From contig JAZJZC010000004.1 of NCBI GenBank assembly GCA_040390045.1, forward strand, positions 67,157-131,156: a stretch of DNA of 64,000 nt, read 5' to 3'. The notes beneath the pieces are model-generated. The model ran no database searches. It had not been told where the DNA came from and was given only the letters and a program-made list of their open reading frames with translations. The translations under genes were made by a program, and so were the position numbers. The first letter of the stretch is position 1. Every line of letters begins with the position of its first letter. Source of the DNA: Patescibacteria group bacterium (GTDB taxonomy: Bacteria; Patescibacteriota; Minisyncoccia; Phycocordibacterales; SIBU01). This document shows positions 1-9,124 of the stretch, piece after piece.

Positions 1-285
1 GCAACAGCAGATAGTTTGAAGGCCGCCTTTTCAAAGGTTGGAACTGTGGTTTCAGCAAACGTTATCATCGACAAAATGACAGGACGCTCACGAGGTTTTG
101 GTTTCGTTGAAATGGAAGATGCAGATGCTGAAAAAGCAGTTGCAACTATGCACGGAACTGAGCTCGATGGTCGCACATTGACTGTCAACGAAGCTCGCCC
201 TATGTCAGATAAACCTCCACGACGAAGTGGCGGATTTGATAGAGGAGAGCGAAGTGGTGGTGATGATCGCCGATCAAACTACTAA
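1..285 (+). CDS. RRM-type RNA-binding protein, 5'-truncated by window edge
   Basis: RNP1-like RGFGFVEM motif plus a Gly/Arg-rich tail. The window starts at the RRM midpoint, so the true start lies upstream. Confidence 0.7.
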   Translation, partial: ATADSLKAAFSKVGTVVSANVIIDKMTGRSRGFGFVEMEDADAEKAVATMHGTELDGRTLTVNEARPMSDKPPRRSGGFDRGERSGGDDRRSNY

Positions 286-339
286 ATAGTAAATTAGATA
301 GTAGTAGGTTAGACATGAAGATGAATGTTTAACAAAAAG

Positions 340-375
340 AATGCCCCGCGCCTCTGGCGCGGGGCATTCTTTTTA
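340..375 (+). terminator. rho-independent terminator
   Basis: GC hairpin aatgccccgcgcc-tctg-gcgcggggcatt followed by a T-run. Confidence 0.75.
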
Positions 376-395
376 GAATTTGCTATAATAAAACC

Positions 396-1247
396 ATGAA
401 GAAAATCATCATAATAATACTTTTTATTCTTGTAGTAGCTGGAGCTGGAATTTTTCTCTGGCAGAGAGGTTCCTTATGGCAGGCAACTAATCCCGAACCA
501 GTCATGTGTACGATGGAAGCCAAACTATGTCCCGATGGTAGCTACGTTGGCCGTTCCGGACCAAAATGTGAGTTTGCAAAATGTCCTGTAACAACATCTG
601 GCAATTTTACAAAGGGTGAATTAACCCTAGGTGTTGGAGAGAGTAAAAAAATTGACGATCTCACTATTAAAATTAATAAAGTTTTGGAAGATAGTCGCTG
701 TCCCAGTGACGTGCAATGTATTCAGGCGGGGACGGTTAGACTCGAGACCCTTCTCACCTTGCCGGATAGCACCGAATCCGCTGTTTTTTCATTGAATGCT
801 AAGCAGCAGTTGTATGGTAGTTATTTAATTTCCTTGATCGCAGTGTTGCCCGGGAAAATTAGCACCAAAACCATTACCAACAAGGATTACGCAGTGACTT
901 TTTTAGTTGAAAAACAAAAACAAAATCCCACATCTCAAACTGGAAAAATTTCTGGAAAAGTAACTCTTTCACCCACATGCCCTGTTGAAAAATTTCCACC
1001 AGATCCCGCGTGTGCGCCCAAGCCTTACCAAACAACAATCCAGGCTTTTCTTCCTGACGGCTCTGAGTTAGTAGCGTCTGCCAAATCAAATGCCGATGGT
1101 ACGTTTACGATGAGTCTACCGGGGGGTGATTACAATCTTGAAACCAAAGGTGGTGAAGTCTATCCACGATGCGCTTCGCAAGGTGTCACCGTGAATGCAG
1201 GCAAAGAAGTTTCAGTTTCAATTTCATGCGATACGGGAATACGTTAA
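396..1247 (+). CDS. membrane-anchored or secreted hypothetical protein
   Basis: N-terminal TM helix, Cys-rich stretch, and a C-terminal segment resembling a carboxypeptidase-regulatory-like beta-sandwich (GKVTLSP...DGTFTM). Confidence 0.55.
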   Translation: MKKIIIIILFILVVAGAGIFLWQRGSLWQATNPEPVMCTMEAKLCPDGSYVGRSGPKCEFAKCPVTTSGNFTKGELTLGVGESKKIDDLTIKINKVLEDSRCPSDVQCIQAGTVRLETLLTLPDSTESAVFSLNAKQQLYGSYLISLIAVLPGKISTKTITNKDYAVTFLVEKQKQNPTSQTGKISGKVTLSPTCPVEKFPPDPACAPKPYQTTIQAFLPDGSELVASAKSNADGTFTMSLPGGDYNLETKGGEVYPRCASQGVTVNAGKEVSVSISCDTGIR

Positions 1248-1273
1248 TTTTGCCTTCAACTAATAATTCTTTT

Positions 1274-2266
1274 ATGAATCGTTATTTGAAAATTTTGATG
1301 GTCGGAGTTGTCATTGCTGGCATGGGGTATGTTTTTCGCGCACCGATTGAAAAAACCATTGGCCCGATTGTAACCCCAATATACGAGCGATCAGTGGAAA
1401 ATTTTAATTTCCTTTTTTCCCAAATTAGAAATTACTTCACGCCTTGTTCCTCTCCAATTGCCTACAAGCTCGATAGCTTCAGTACCAAGTTTGGAATTTC
1501 TAAAACCTATTTTTTAAGCGCCATGGCAGATGCTGAGGCCATTTGGGAAAAACCTTTCGGCCGACAATTATTTACCTATGCGCCAGAAGGAGGAGTACTC
1601 AAAGTAAATTTAATTTACGATTACCGCCAACAAACCACGGCCAATTTAAGCACACTCGATGTTGTTGTAAAAAACAACAAGGCTTCCTATGACGATTTGG
1701 TTGCCAAGTTAGCAACTTTAAAATCTCAGTATCAGACTAAGAAAGATGCATTTGACGCGGCAGTTAGTGCCTATGAAACTAATGCCGATGAATATCACCA
1801 GGAAGTTTCAATGTGGAATGCAAAAGGCGGTGCGCCGAAATCTGAATACGATAAGCTTCAGGCAACTCGCGTATCCTTACAAAATCAATCAGCGCAACTT
1901 CAGGTGATGCAAAACGCGGTTAATGAATTGGTCAACCAAATTAACTCTTTGGTGCTCACAATCAACAGGCTCGGCGCTAGTCTCAATTTAACCGTTGATC
2001 AATACAATACAGTTGGAGCAACGAGAGGCGAAACATTTGAGGAAGGTTTGTATCAAAGCAGTGCGGCCGGATCGGAAATTGATATTTACGAATTTAGTAG
2101 CCGAAATAAACTAGTGAGAGTTTTGGCGCACGAGCTTGGACACGCGCTTGGTCTTGATCATGTGAATGATCCCGAAGCCATTATGTATAAATTAAATAAT
2201 GGTTCGAGTTTGGCTTTAACTAAAGCGGATTTAGCGGCGCTCAATACAAGGTGTAGGGTGAAGTGA
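1274..2266 (+). CDS. zinc metalloprotease, matrixin/metzincin-like
   Basis: HELGHALGLDH = HExxHxxGxxH zinc-binding motif. N-terminal TM helix and a coiled-coil middle. Internal ATG at 1274 chosen over the overlapping upstream extension. Confidence 0.65.
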   Translation: MNRYLKILMVGVVIAGMGYVFRAPIEKTIGPIVTPIYERSVENFNFLFSQIRNYFTPCSSPIAYKLDSFSTKFGISKTYFLSAMADAEAIWEKPFGRQLFTYAPEGGVLKVNLIYDYRQQTTANLSTLDVVVKNNKASYDDLVAKLATLKSQYQTKKDAFDAAVSAYETNADEYHQEVSMWNAKGGAPKSEYDKLQATRVSLQNQSAQLQVMQNAVNELVNQINSLVLTINRLGASLNLTVDQYNTVGATRGETFEEGLYQSSAAGSEIDIYEFSSRNKLVRVLAHELGHALGLDHVNDPEAIMYKLNNGSSLALTKADLAALNTRCRVK

Positions 2267-2310
2267 AAGGAGGGGAAGGTTTTAGGGGTTAGGGTTTAGT
2301 AAACAAAAGT

Positions 2311-2350
2311 AAAAAGCCCGCAAAATTTTTCCGAAAAATTTTGCGGGCTC
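2311..2350. terminator. bidirectional terminator hairpin
   Basis: gcccgcaaaattttt / aaaaattttgcgggc inverted repeat between convergent genes. Confidence 0.7.
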
Positions 2351-2361
2351 ACTCGAAAAGG

Positions 2362-2811
2362 TCAATTGAACACGAACTTATAGATGGGGAAAAGTCTCCA
2401 AATGATTTGGACAACCTGCCCCGTTGCCCTGTGCCGGAACATGCAGTGTTTTAGGTCCCTCGTGTCTTTGAGCTCGGTAACTTGCTCGAAGGCGCTGCAA
2501 TCCTCCGAAAGATCCTCGGTGAGGTGGGCGTAAAGATTTCCGAAGCCTGTTGCGGTAGACGTCGCCCATGCTTCATGCTCCTGAGTGTTCCTTGGAATAA
2601 GTTCAATTCGAGAATTATCCCTTTGGATCCAGGCGATCTCGTCGGTTGTCTTAAGCACGGTGTAGCCCAGTTTTTCATAACAGGCGAGATCCGCCTTGAG
2701 AGAATCATGTACCCAAAAAGCGCTGTGTTCGTGTTGAATGGTGGTGCTTTTGCCGGCACCCTCGAGTGTGCTTAGTGCAAGAAGGAGGTCTTCCCAAACT
2801 GCGGTTTTCAT
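2362..2811 (-). CDS. VOC/glyoxalase-family-like protein
   Basis: Pattern EHSAFWVHD...YEKLGYTV...IELIP resembles a vicinal-oxygen-chelate fold. ATG start confirmed at 2809-2811. Confidence 0.4.
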   Translation of the reverse strand: MKTAVWEDLLLALSTLEGAGKSTTIQHEHSAFWVHDSLKADLACYEKLGYTVLKTTDEIAWIQRDNSRIELIPRNTQEHEAWATSTATGFGNLYAHLTEDLSEDCSAFEQVTELKDTRDLKHCMFRHRATGQVVQIIWRLFPIYKFVFN

Positions 2812-2880
2812 AATTTCGTGTGTGCTGTGTTTGCTCGCAAAACCTTATCACAAAATATATGAAATTCGCAAATGGAAATA

Positions 2881-3594
2881 CTAATTAATTTTTTTCTGAG
2901 CGTAAACCGAAATACTCCGTCTCTTAAACGCATGGCCTTGGCGAAGATGGCCGTGGGATTTAGTTACTTTTTCAATAGTGAAAAATTCCGAAAGTGAGGC
3001 CTCAATTTCAGCTTCGGTGAAGACGTGTTCGGCTTGGCCAATTTTTGGATGAATGTAGGAGCCTTTTTCCTCAGCGGGATTTTCCTTAAGTAGTCGCTCG
3101 GCATTTACATCGTCATCTCGAAGAAAAGTTTTTAAAAATAACCAACCACCAGGTCGGAGCACTCGATCAATTTCAGAAATTAATTTTTTTCGTTGTTCCT
3201 GATTCAAAAAATGTGAAGTCATCATGTCGAGAACGAAGGATTGAGATCGGTCGGGGACAGGAAGGACATCACTAATTGAACCAACTTTATATTCCAAATT
3301 TAAATCAGTGCTCAATTTTTTTGCCTGCTCAACGGCTTCACGAGAAATGTCCAAACCCAAACCTTTCAAACCATAATTTTGAGCAAGAAAAATTAAATTG
3401 CGCCCGTTGCCACATCCTAGGTCAAGAACCGTGGAGGTTTGATTCAAAAATTCTCTACCGTGCTCGCGCTCTAGCCAGCGGGCGAATTTTTGTAGGTCTT
3501 CACTTGGATTAGTTGAAATCGCCAGGTGTGTTCCGGTTTTATATTCCTTATTCCAAAAGTCTTGTCCTTTGCCCGCAAATCTCTTTCTTTTCAT
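2881..3594 (-). CDS. class I SAM-dependent methyltransferase
   Basis: Motif I VLDLGCGNGRN. Confidence 0.7.
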   Translation of the reverse strand: MKRKRFAGKGQDFWNKEYKTGTHLAISTNPSEDLQKFARWLEREHGREFLNQTSTVLDLGCGNGRNLIFLAQNYGLKGLGLDISREAVEQAKKLSTDLNLEYKVGSISDVLPVPDRSQSFVLDMMTSHFLNQEQRKKLISEIDRVLRPGGWLFLKTFLRDDDVNAERLLKENPAEEKGSYIHPKIGQAEHVFTEAEIEASLSEFFTIEKVTKSHGHLRQGHAFKRRSISVYAQKKIN

Positions 3595-3661
3595 AGCCGT
3601 ATACTACAACAAAGATGCACTTCTCGCATCATTTCTCAATTTCGGCTATACTGTCAAAATT

Positions 3662-4429
3662 ATGGCACCAGCGCATCACAACAAAATTTACATTTACGGC
3701 AAACACGCCTTAGCCGAAGCCTTGACGAACACTCCAAAGGTTATTGAAGAAATTTTCATGACTTCTACATTTGATGATTCTGCTATTCGAGCGCAGGTCA
3801 AAAAGCTTGGTCTCGCCACCTCAGTTTTGTTACCAAATAAATTACCAAAAGAAGTTGATTCACAAGCGGCTCACCAGGGAATTATTGGCGTGCTTTCTTT
3901 TGACAGACTGATCCAACCGTTCACACAATTTGCTGAAAATTTAAAAATTACTCCCGACACCTCGCTGATTCTTTTAGGTGAACTTTCCGACCCACAAAAT
4001 GTCGGCGCGGTGATTCGCAGTGCTGCCGCCTTTGGAATTTCTGCCGTTTTAATTCCTGAACACAATCAAGCTCAGATCACCGGTTCGGTGGTAAAAGTTT
4101 CGGCAGGAATGGTTTTCAGAATTCCGTTGGTCTCAGTGAGCAATGTTAATACCAGTTTACGTGAATTGAAGGATAGGGGATTTGCCGTGTACGGTCTTGA
4201 AGGTGGAGCAAAATACACTATGCCGAAGGAGGAATTTGAATTACCGACAATTTTTGTACTTGGCAACGAGTCAGAAGGCATTCGCGAAAAAACTCGCGAG
4301 CTCTGTGATAAATTAATTTCCATTCCCATTAGTCCAAATTGCGAATCATTGAACGCTGGTGTCTCCGCCGCCGTTGCATTTTACGCATGGAGCGCGAAAC
4401 ATCCGAAGGCTGTAAGATCAAGCAAATAA
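3662..4429 (+). CDS. TrmH/SpoU-family RNA 2'-O-methyltransferase (RlmB-like)
   Basis: IYGKHALAEAL N-terminal domain and SpoU motifs (DPQNVGAVIRSAAAFG, LGNESEGI). ATG at 3662 chosen; the 3569 extension is untypical. Confidence 0.75.
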   Translation: MAPAHHNKIYIYGKHALAEALTNTPKVIEEIFMTSTFDDSAIRAQVKKLGLATSVLLPNKLPKEVDSQAAHQGIIGVLSFDRLIQPFTQFAENLKITPDTSLILLGELSDPQNVGAVIRSAAAFGISAVLIPEHNQAQITGSVVKVSAGMVFRIPLVSVSNVNTSLRELKDRGFAVYGLEGGAKYTMPKEEFELPTIFVLGNESEGIREKTRELCDKLISIPISPNCESLNAGVSAAVAFYAWSAKHPKAVRSSK

Positions 4430-4469
4430 AAACCACACTTTGCAGTGTGGTGCGAATTCTTTTTCCTGC

Positions 4470-5828
4470 TCACTCGCATAGCACGAGGTCACTGGTTTCA
4501 GGTAATTCCGGCAACTTCCAACTCAAGGCCTGCTGGATAACTCTTTCCGCGCCAACCAAGGCACGTTCGCTGACGCGGTTGACCGGTTGCCAGGACCAGG
4601 TTTTGGGATGTTCAATGCTGTTGTGATCAAGCAAGGTCTTTCGAAGTGCCCAATTGGCCGCCGCTGCAAGCTCAATGCCTCGCATGAACTGGATGGCGCC
4701 ACCAAGCATTATCATCGATACATCCCAATGCTCCTGTTGGCTTCGGAAATTGCTAACCTTCCGAAACTCCGATTGTTCAAACTCCACGCTGAAGGTGGTT
4801 TCCGATGGCACGAGCGAAAGGTACTCCCGTATCGCAATATGCCCACCAAGCCAATCAACTTGTTTACCGTCAGCAATTGCCAGCGAGTTATGTTGAGTGG
4901 CTCCGGGCGCGGGCTGGTCGCCGTTCATTTTTGACCACCCGCTATCACCAGCGATTCTCTGGCCAAGGAAGCCACTCATGGCAATCAAGCCATCCTGCCG
5001 ACTGAGATCTTTTCCGTGAAAGCGACCAATAAACCATTCGTAACCGGCCATCTTGAGGACGAGAAATGACCACTCGGGCCGCATTCCCTGCAGGATGTCG
5101 TGGCTAGCGTCGTAGTTGAGGAAGCACCATCCTTTTAGTCCGGCCGCCTCGACCATACGCGCGATGATGATCCAGTGAAGCGGATTGTTCGCGATGTTTT
5201 GGGTGAAAACTTCCCGACTCGACCAGCCGCACATTGGGCAATTTTCAATGAAGAGTTTTACCCGGTGTGCCTTGGCGTATCGAACGAGCGGAATCAAAAC
5301 CCTCCCTGCCAGACGCATATTTTGCTCGATGGTCAGGTTAAGATCGCGTCCGATGAAAATCGTAACGCCCTTCGTACCAAGGCCAGCTTTTTTGAGTGCG
5401 CCGGCAGTGCGAATCGCTCGCCGAAGATGTTCGATATTTTGAAGGCGGTTTTCAAGATTAAGGTCGAGCAGGTTGTCGAATGCTCCGAGGCTGCCGATTT
5501 TAACCTTACCTTGCGCAGCGTCCTCAAGTCGCTTAATGTCATCCTTGAGAATCTCCTCGCCGCTTCCATCACGGAACGTTCGAATGGGAGTGTGTTTTGC
5601 AACCGGATCCGCCATGCTTTCAGGCGGGACATTGGCATCTGCTGGCGCAAGTGCACAACCGAGTTCCAAGACGGTAACTCCGGTTTTTCGCGCATGCACG
5701 AGGTGTTTGGTTGCCGCTATCATCGACGCCTTTCGTGGGTCGCGGATAAACATATCCGAGTTGGTACCCGGTGGTGTTTGAACACTGGCTGTAAAATAGC
5801 CGATGTCCAACATATCTAATGTTGTCAT
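4470..5828 (-). CDS. sugar phosphate isomerase/epimerase (xylose-isomerase-like TIM barrel) family protein
   Basis: TIM-barrel-like pattern (FIENCPM, NYDASHD). The track ORF begins with an alternative TTG. The first ATG is at 5826-5828 (MTTLDM). Confidence 0.45.
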   Translation of the reverse strand: MTTLDMLDIGYFTASVQTPPGTNSDMFIRDPRKASMIAATKHLVHARKTGVTVLELGCALAPADANVPPESMADPVAKHTPIRTFRDGSGEEILKDDIKRLEDAAQGKVKIGSLGAFDNLLDLNLENRLQNIEHLRRAIRTAGALKKAGLGTKGVTIFIGRDLNLTIEQNMRLAGRVLIPLVRYAKAHRVKLFIENCPMCGWSSREVFTQNIANNPLHWIIIARMVEAAGLKGWCFLNYDASHDILQGMRPEWSFLVLKMAGYEWFIGRFHGKDLSRQDGLIAMSGFLGQRIAGDSGWSKMNGDQPAPGATQHNSLAIADGKQVDWLGGHIAIREYLSLVPSETTFSVEFEQSEFRKVSNFRSQQEHWDVSMIMLGGAIQFMRGIELAAAANWALRKTLLDHNSIEHPKTWSWQPVNRVSERALVGAERVIQQALSWKLPELPETSDLVLCE

Positions 5829-5965
5829 AGATTTTATGTGTACTGGTGAATCCAAACGCTTCCATACCGACACTCGTCGGCTTGGCCGTTTAGGTTGTTG
5901 AGAGAATATCCCAATCGGGTTCAATACTACAAAGATAGGAGGAGTTGTCAATCTTAAAATTTAAT

Positions 5966-5997
5966 TAAAAAAACCGCCGACGCAAAGCGTTGGCGGG
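5966..5997 (-). terminator. terminator for purB
   Basis: Minus strand reads cccgccaacgctttgcgtcggcgg followed by a T-run. Confidence 0.65.
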
Positions 5998-6015
5998 ATT
6001 AGGTGATACGCTGCG

Positions 6016-7515
6016 TCAGCGGAACGAACGCGCTTTTGCAAGGACGTTATCGATTTGGATCGCTTCACCCCTGAGGTTATACGAGAAACTGAAAATTTCT
6101 TCCCATCGTGCCTTTGTGTTAGCCAGACAGAAAATTTTTCCAAGGGCCGAGTTCCAAGTATCAGTTTGGACGGTAGTAAACGCCAACTCTTCGGAAGGTC
6201 GCAGAATACATCTTGGAATATGATCCTGAATCGATGTTGTCGGGGTTCGCCACTTGGCGACATGAGCTGCCGCCTCCTGAGCCTCTGCGTAGGATGTACA
6301 CTCATTTGTGCGAATGAGTTTAGTCACGGCGTTTGGCTCCAACACACCAAAAGCCGCCAACTGGACAATGGAATAGCCAGCGCCTGGACTGAGGCCGCAT
6401 TCAAGGCCGACCTCTTCCAAAAAGTCTGCAACTTTGCTGGCGGCGTACACCCCCGCGCAGTCGAGAACTTCGCACAGCATCTGATCCGGATAGACCTGAA
6501 GATTTTCCAGCACTTTGGTCATTTGCGTCAGCGTGTGTGTGGTGACAAAAAACAAATCCGGCCAGGCCACGCGTTCGACGCAAGACTGCTCGATACCTCG
6601 TTCATGCCAGGTCTGGATGTTTTGTACAATCATCTGAACGTAACCTTCGGCCATGCGAAGCATGCCCCCCATTTGCTCGAGAGTGATCGTGTTGCGTTTG
6701 TGCGGCATACGAGAAGAACCGCGCTGACTTTTGCCAAATGGCTCACGCATCAGAGTCCTCCCACTTCGAGCGTTGAGACGGATGTCGGTGGCGATTTTTA
6801 CGATCGTCGCAACCAGTTGTCCAAGTGCGGAAGCAACCGGCGCGTAGACTTCGCGAGGAATGATTTGAGTAGCGCCGTAAAATGGCAGGAAACCCAAACT
6901 CGCGAGTGCCACTCTTTGAATCTCATCCGAAAGGTCGGGTGAGTTGCCTATAGCTCCGGAGAGCTTTGAGCGGTCGAGACCGCTTTTGGCGCGTTTCAAA
7001 TTCTCAACGCTAATCAAGATGGCCTTGAGCCACGTGGCGACACGTTTTCCAAAAGTCTGGAGTTCCGCCCACTGACCATGAGTTTCGCCAAGCATGACTG
7101 TGAAGCGATGGTGCTCAGCCTGCTTGATCAACACATCAATTAGAATGCCGGCCAACTTTTCAACTTCTCCGAGAGAAGCCAAAAGCATTTTGGCAAAGGC
7201 CGGTTCCTCAGTATCATAGGAAGTCATTTTTCCGTGAAAATACCGCTTTAGTGTCGAGTGTAAGTGCCGTTGTCTTTCCTCAACGAAGGCGATCAGATCG
7301 TGCCCGACTTCGGTATCTTTCTTTTTCCACCACTCAAGATCGATAGGAATACTCTCAAGCATTTGACGGATCGTCTCTGCTTCTTCGCGCAGAATTTCTC
7401 CGCAGGTTCCTCGAGCGTCGATCACTGCCAGTTCGGTTGCTTGCCAAAGCCGTAATTTGTTTTCATCCGTCCAGATTTCTTTTATAACAGGGTTTCGGGC
7501 GTATCGTGGGTGCAT
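6016..7515 (-). CDS. purB: adenylosuccinate lyase
   Basis: Fumarate-lyase signature GSSRMPHKRN. N-terminus ERY..IWTDENK matches PurB. Confidence 0.9.
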   Translation of the reverse strand: MHPRYARNPVIKEIWTDENKLRLWQATELAVIDARGTCGEILREEAETIRQMLESIPIDLEWWKKKDTEVGHDLIAFVEERQRHLHSTLKRYFHGKMTSYDTEEPAFAKMLLASLGEVEKLAGILIDVLIKQAEHHRFTVMLGETHGQWAELQTFGKRVATWLKAILISVENLKRAKSGLDRSKLSGAIGNSPDLSDEIQRVALASLGFLPFYGATQIIPREVYAPVASALGQLVATIVKIATDIRLNARSGRTLMREPFGKSQRGSSRMPHKRNTITLEQMGGMLRMAEGYVQMIVQNIQTWHERGIEQSCVERVAWPDLFFVTTHTLTQMTKVLENLQVYPDQMLCEVLDCAGVYAASKVADFLEEVGLECGLSPGAGYSIVQLAAFGVLEPNAVTKLIRTNECTSYAEAQEAAAHVAKWRTPTTSIQDHIPRCILRPSEELAFTTVQTDTWNSALGKIFCLANTKARWEEIFSFSYNLRGEAIQIDNVLAKARSFR

Positions 7516-7662
7516 AAGTTCTACTGGTTGCAGTTTCGTTTCAAGGCCGGTGCGTCAATGCATTCGGCTGTCTAACTCTGCGTCAATTCAAGCATTATGG
7601 AAAAGCCGTGTCAATTTTTTCTCTGTGCATAAAATTTTCTGTTGTTCTGCTATAATTATCAA

Positions 7663-8055
7663 ATGCTCTCCGAAGATAAAATTGATTACCTACTCCAAAT
7701 TCGGGATTCGAAACCGGGATTGAGACCTGAGACCGTGAAAGTTATTTTGCGTGCGTTACGATGGGACGAAGATGAAATTGCAAGGGGATTGGAATTTTTG
7801 AAAAGGCCAGCGCCATCTGTAGCTGCGGCAGTTCCGACTCCCGTGGAACTTGCTGAGTCTGATGAGGAAGTTCCCGATGAACCGAAACCCATTGTCATTA
7901 AACAAAACCCATTTCCACTTGGCGCACCGCACCATAAATTAGTAGCACAAAGAAAAGAAAACCGTCACAATCATCATGTGTTGGCCGGATTTGTTTTTGG
8001 AGCAATTGTCATAACTTCGTTTTTGATTTGGTACGGGTACTATTATGCCAACTAA
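7663..8055 (+). CDS. hypothetical protein with C-terminal TM anchor
   Basis: ORF with acidic/Pro-rich middle and a hydrophobic C-terminus. Confidence 0.4.
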   Translation: MLSEDKIDYLLQIRDSKPGLRPETVKVILRALRWDEDEIARGLEFLKRPAPSVAAAVPTPVELAESDEEVPDEPKPIVIKQNPFPLGAPHHKLVAQRKENRHNHHVLAGFVFGAIVITSFLIWYGYYYAN

Positions 8056-8890
8056 AGATAAGTACAGCGCCGTTTGGGTTTCGCATTCCTCAATGGGGGA
8101 TTTTTTGAAATGCCCGCGAGCCTATTATTTGCATAATGTTTTTAAGCATCCGAAAACTGGCAAGAAAATAAATATTATTAATCCCGCGCTGGCGCTCGGC
8201 CAGATTGTCCACGAGATTGTTGAAGGTTTGGGAGAATTTAAAGTTGAAGAGCGTTTTAATCGGCCGCTTCTTGAAATGTATGACAAGGCATGGGAAAAAA
8301 TTTCTGGAAAACGCGGTGGATTTAAAAGTGTAGAAGAGGAGAAAGAAGCCAAAGCTCGTGGCAGAGCGATGGTAGAGAGGGTTATTAAAAATCCTGGGCC
8401 ACTAGCAAATAAAACTGTTCATATTAAACCAGGCGCAAATGGCATGCCTCCAAATTTTTATTTATCAGAAGATGACAATATTATTCTGTGCGGAAAAATC
8501 GACTGGCTTGAGTACATTCCCGAAACTGACTCGGTTCGCTTAATTGATTTTAAAACAGGCAAACATGATGAAAGTGGTGACTCGCTACAACTTCCCATTT
8601 ATCATTTACTATTGAAACATTGCCAAAAGCGCCCGCTCGCCGGAGCAGCGTATTGGTATTTAGATCGCGATGATGTTCCGACGCCGGTTGACCTGCCTGA
8701 TTTAGAGAAAGGCAGAGAAGCGGTGCTCAAGGTTGCGCGCGAGGTCAAGGCGGCGCGTGATAAAAAAGAATTTAATTGTCCACGTGGTGAGAAGGGTTGT
8801 TTTGCCTGTCAGCCATTCGAAAAAATTGTGCGAGGTGAGGCGGAATTTATTGGGACTGGAGAATACAATCAGGATATCTACGTTGTGTAG
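8045..8890 (+). CDS. PD-(D/E)XK nuclease, Cas4/AddB-like with 4-Cys cluster
   Basis: N-terminal Cys (FLKCPRAYY), D...IDFKTGK (D/ExK) core, C-terminal CPRGEKGCFAC. Confidence 0.7.
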   Translation: MPTKDKYSAVWVSHSSMGDFLKCPRAYYLHNVFKHPKTGKKINIINPALALGQIVHEIVEGLGEFKVEERFNRPLLEMYDKAWEKISGKRGGFKSVEEEKEAKARGRAMVERVIKNPGPLANKTVHIKPGANGMPPNFYLSEDDNIILCGKIDWLEYIPETDSVRLIDFKTGKHDESGDSLQLPIYHLLLKHCQKRPLAGAAYWYLDRDDVPTPVDLPDLEKGREAVLKVAREVKAARDKKEFNCPRGEKGCFACQPFEKIVRGEAEFIGTGEYNQDIYVV

Positions 8891-8952
8891 ACCTGCCCGC
8901 TTTACCTGCCGGCAATCGGGCGGCCAAACAGGTTTAAGATTTCAAGAGTCCA

Positions 8953-8979
8953 TTTAACCATTCGCTCGAAAGGTTAAAT
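8953..8979. repeat. 27-bp palindromic element tttaaccattcgctcgaaaggttaaat, solo copy
   Basis: Identical to 26365-26391. Inverted partial copy at 26049-26068. Confidence 0.8.
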
Positions 8980-9124
8980 AGGAATTTATTCTACTATTTA
9001 TGGTAAGGAACCAATAAAAGTTAGATTTTGACATTTTTTACAGAAACGCTAAGCTTCATTTTAGAAAGATACCAAGTGTACTTGGTTTGAAACGAAGTAA
9101 ACAAAACTCAGTAAGGATCACTGT

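Noticed and set aside
6055-6942. 295-aa plus-strand ORF inside purB
   Set aside because: Antisense shadow of purB, which is strongly supported by its fumarate-lyase signature. The same applies to other long antisense ORFs inside dnaE, rpoB, rpoC, rnr and hisS.
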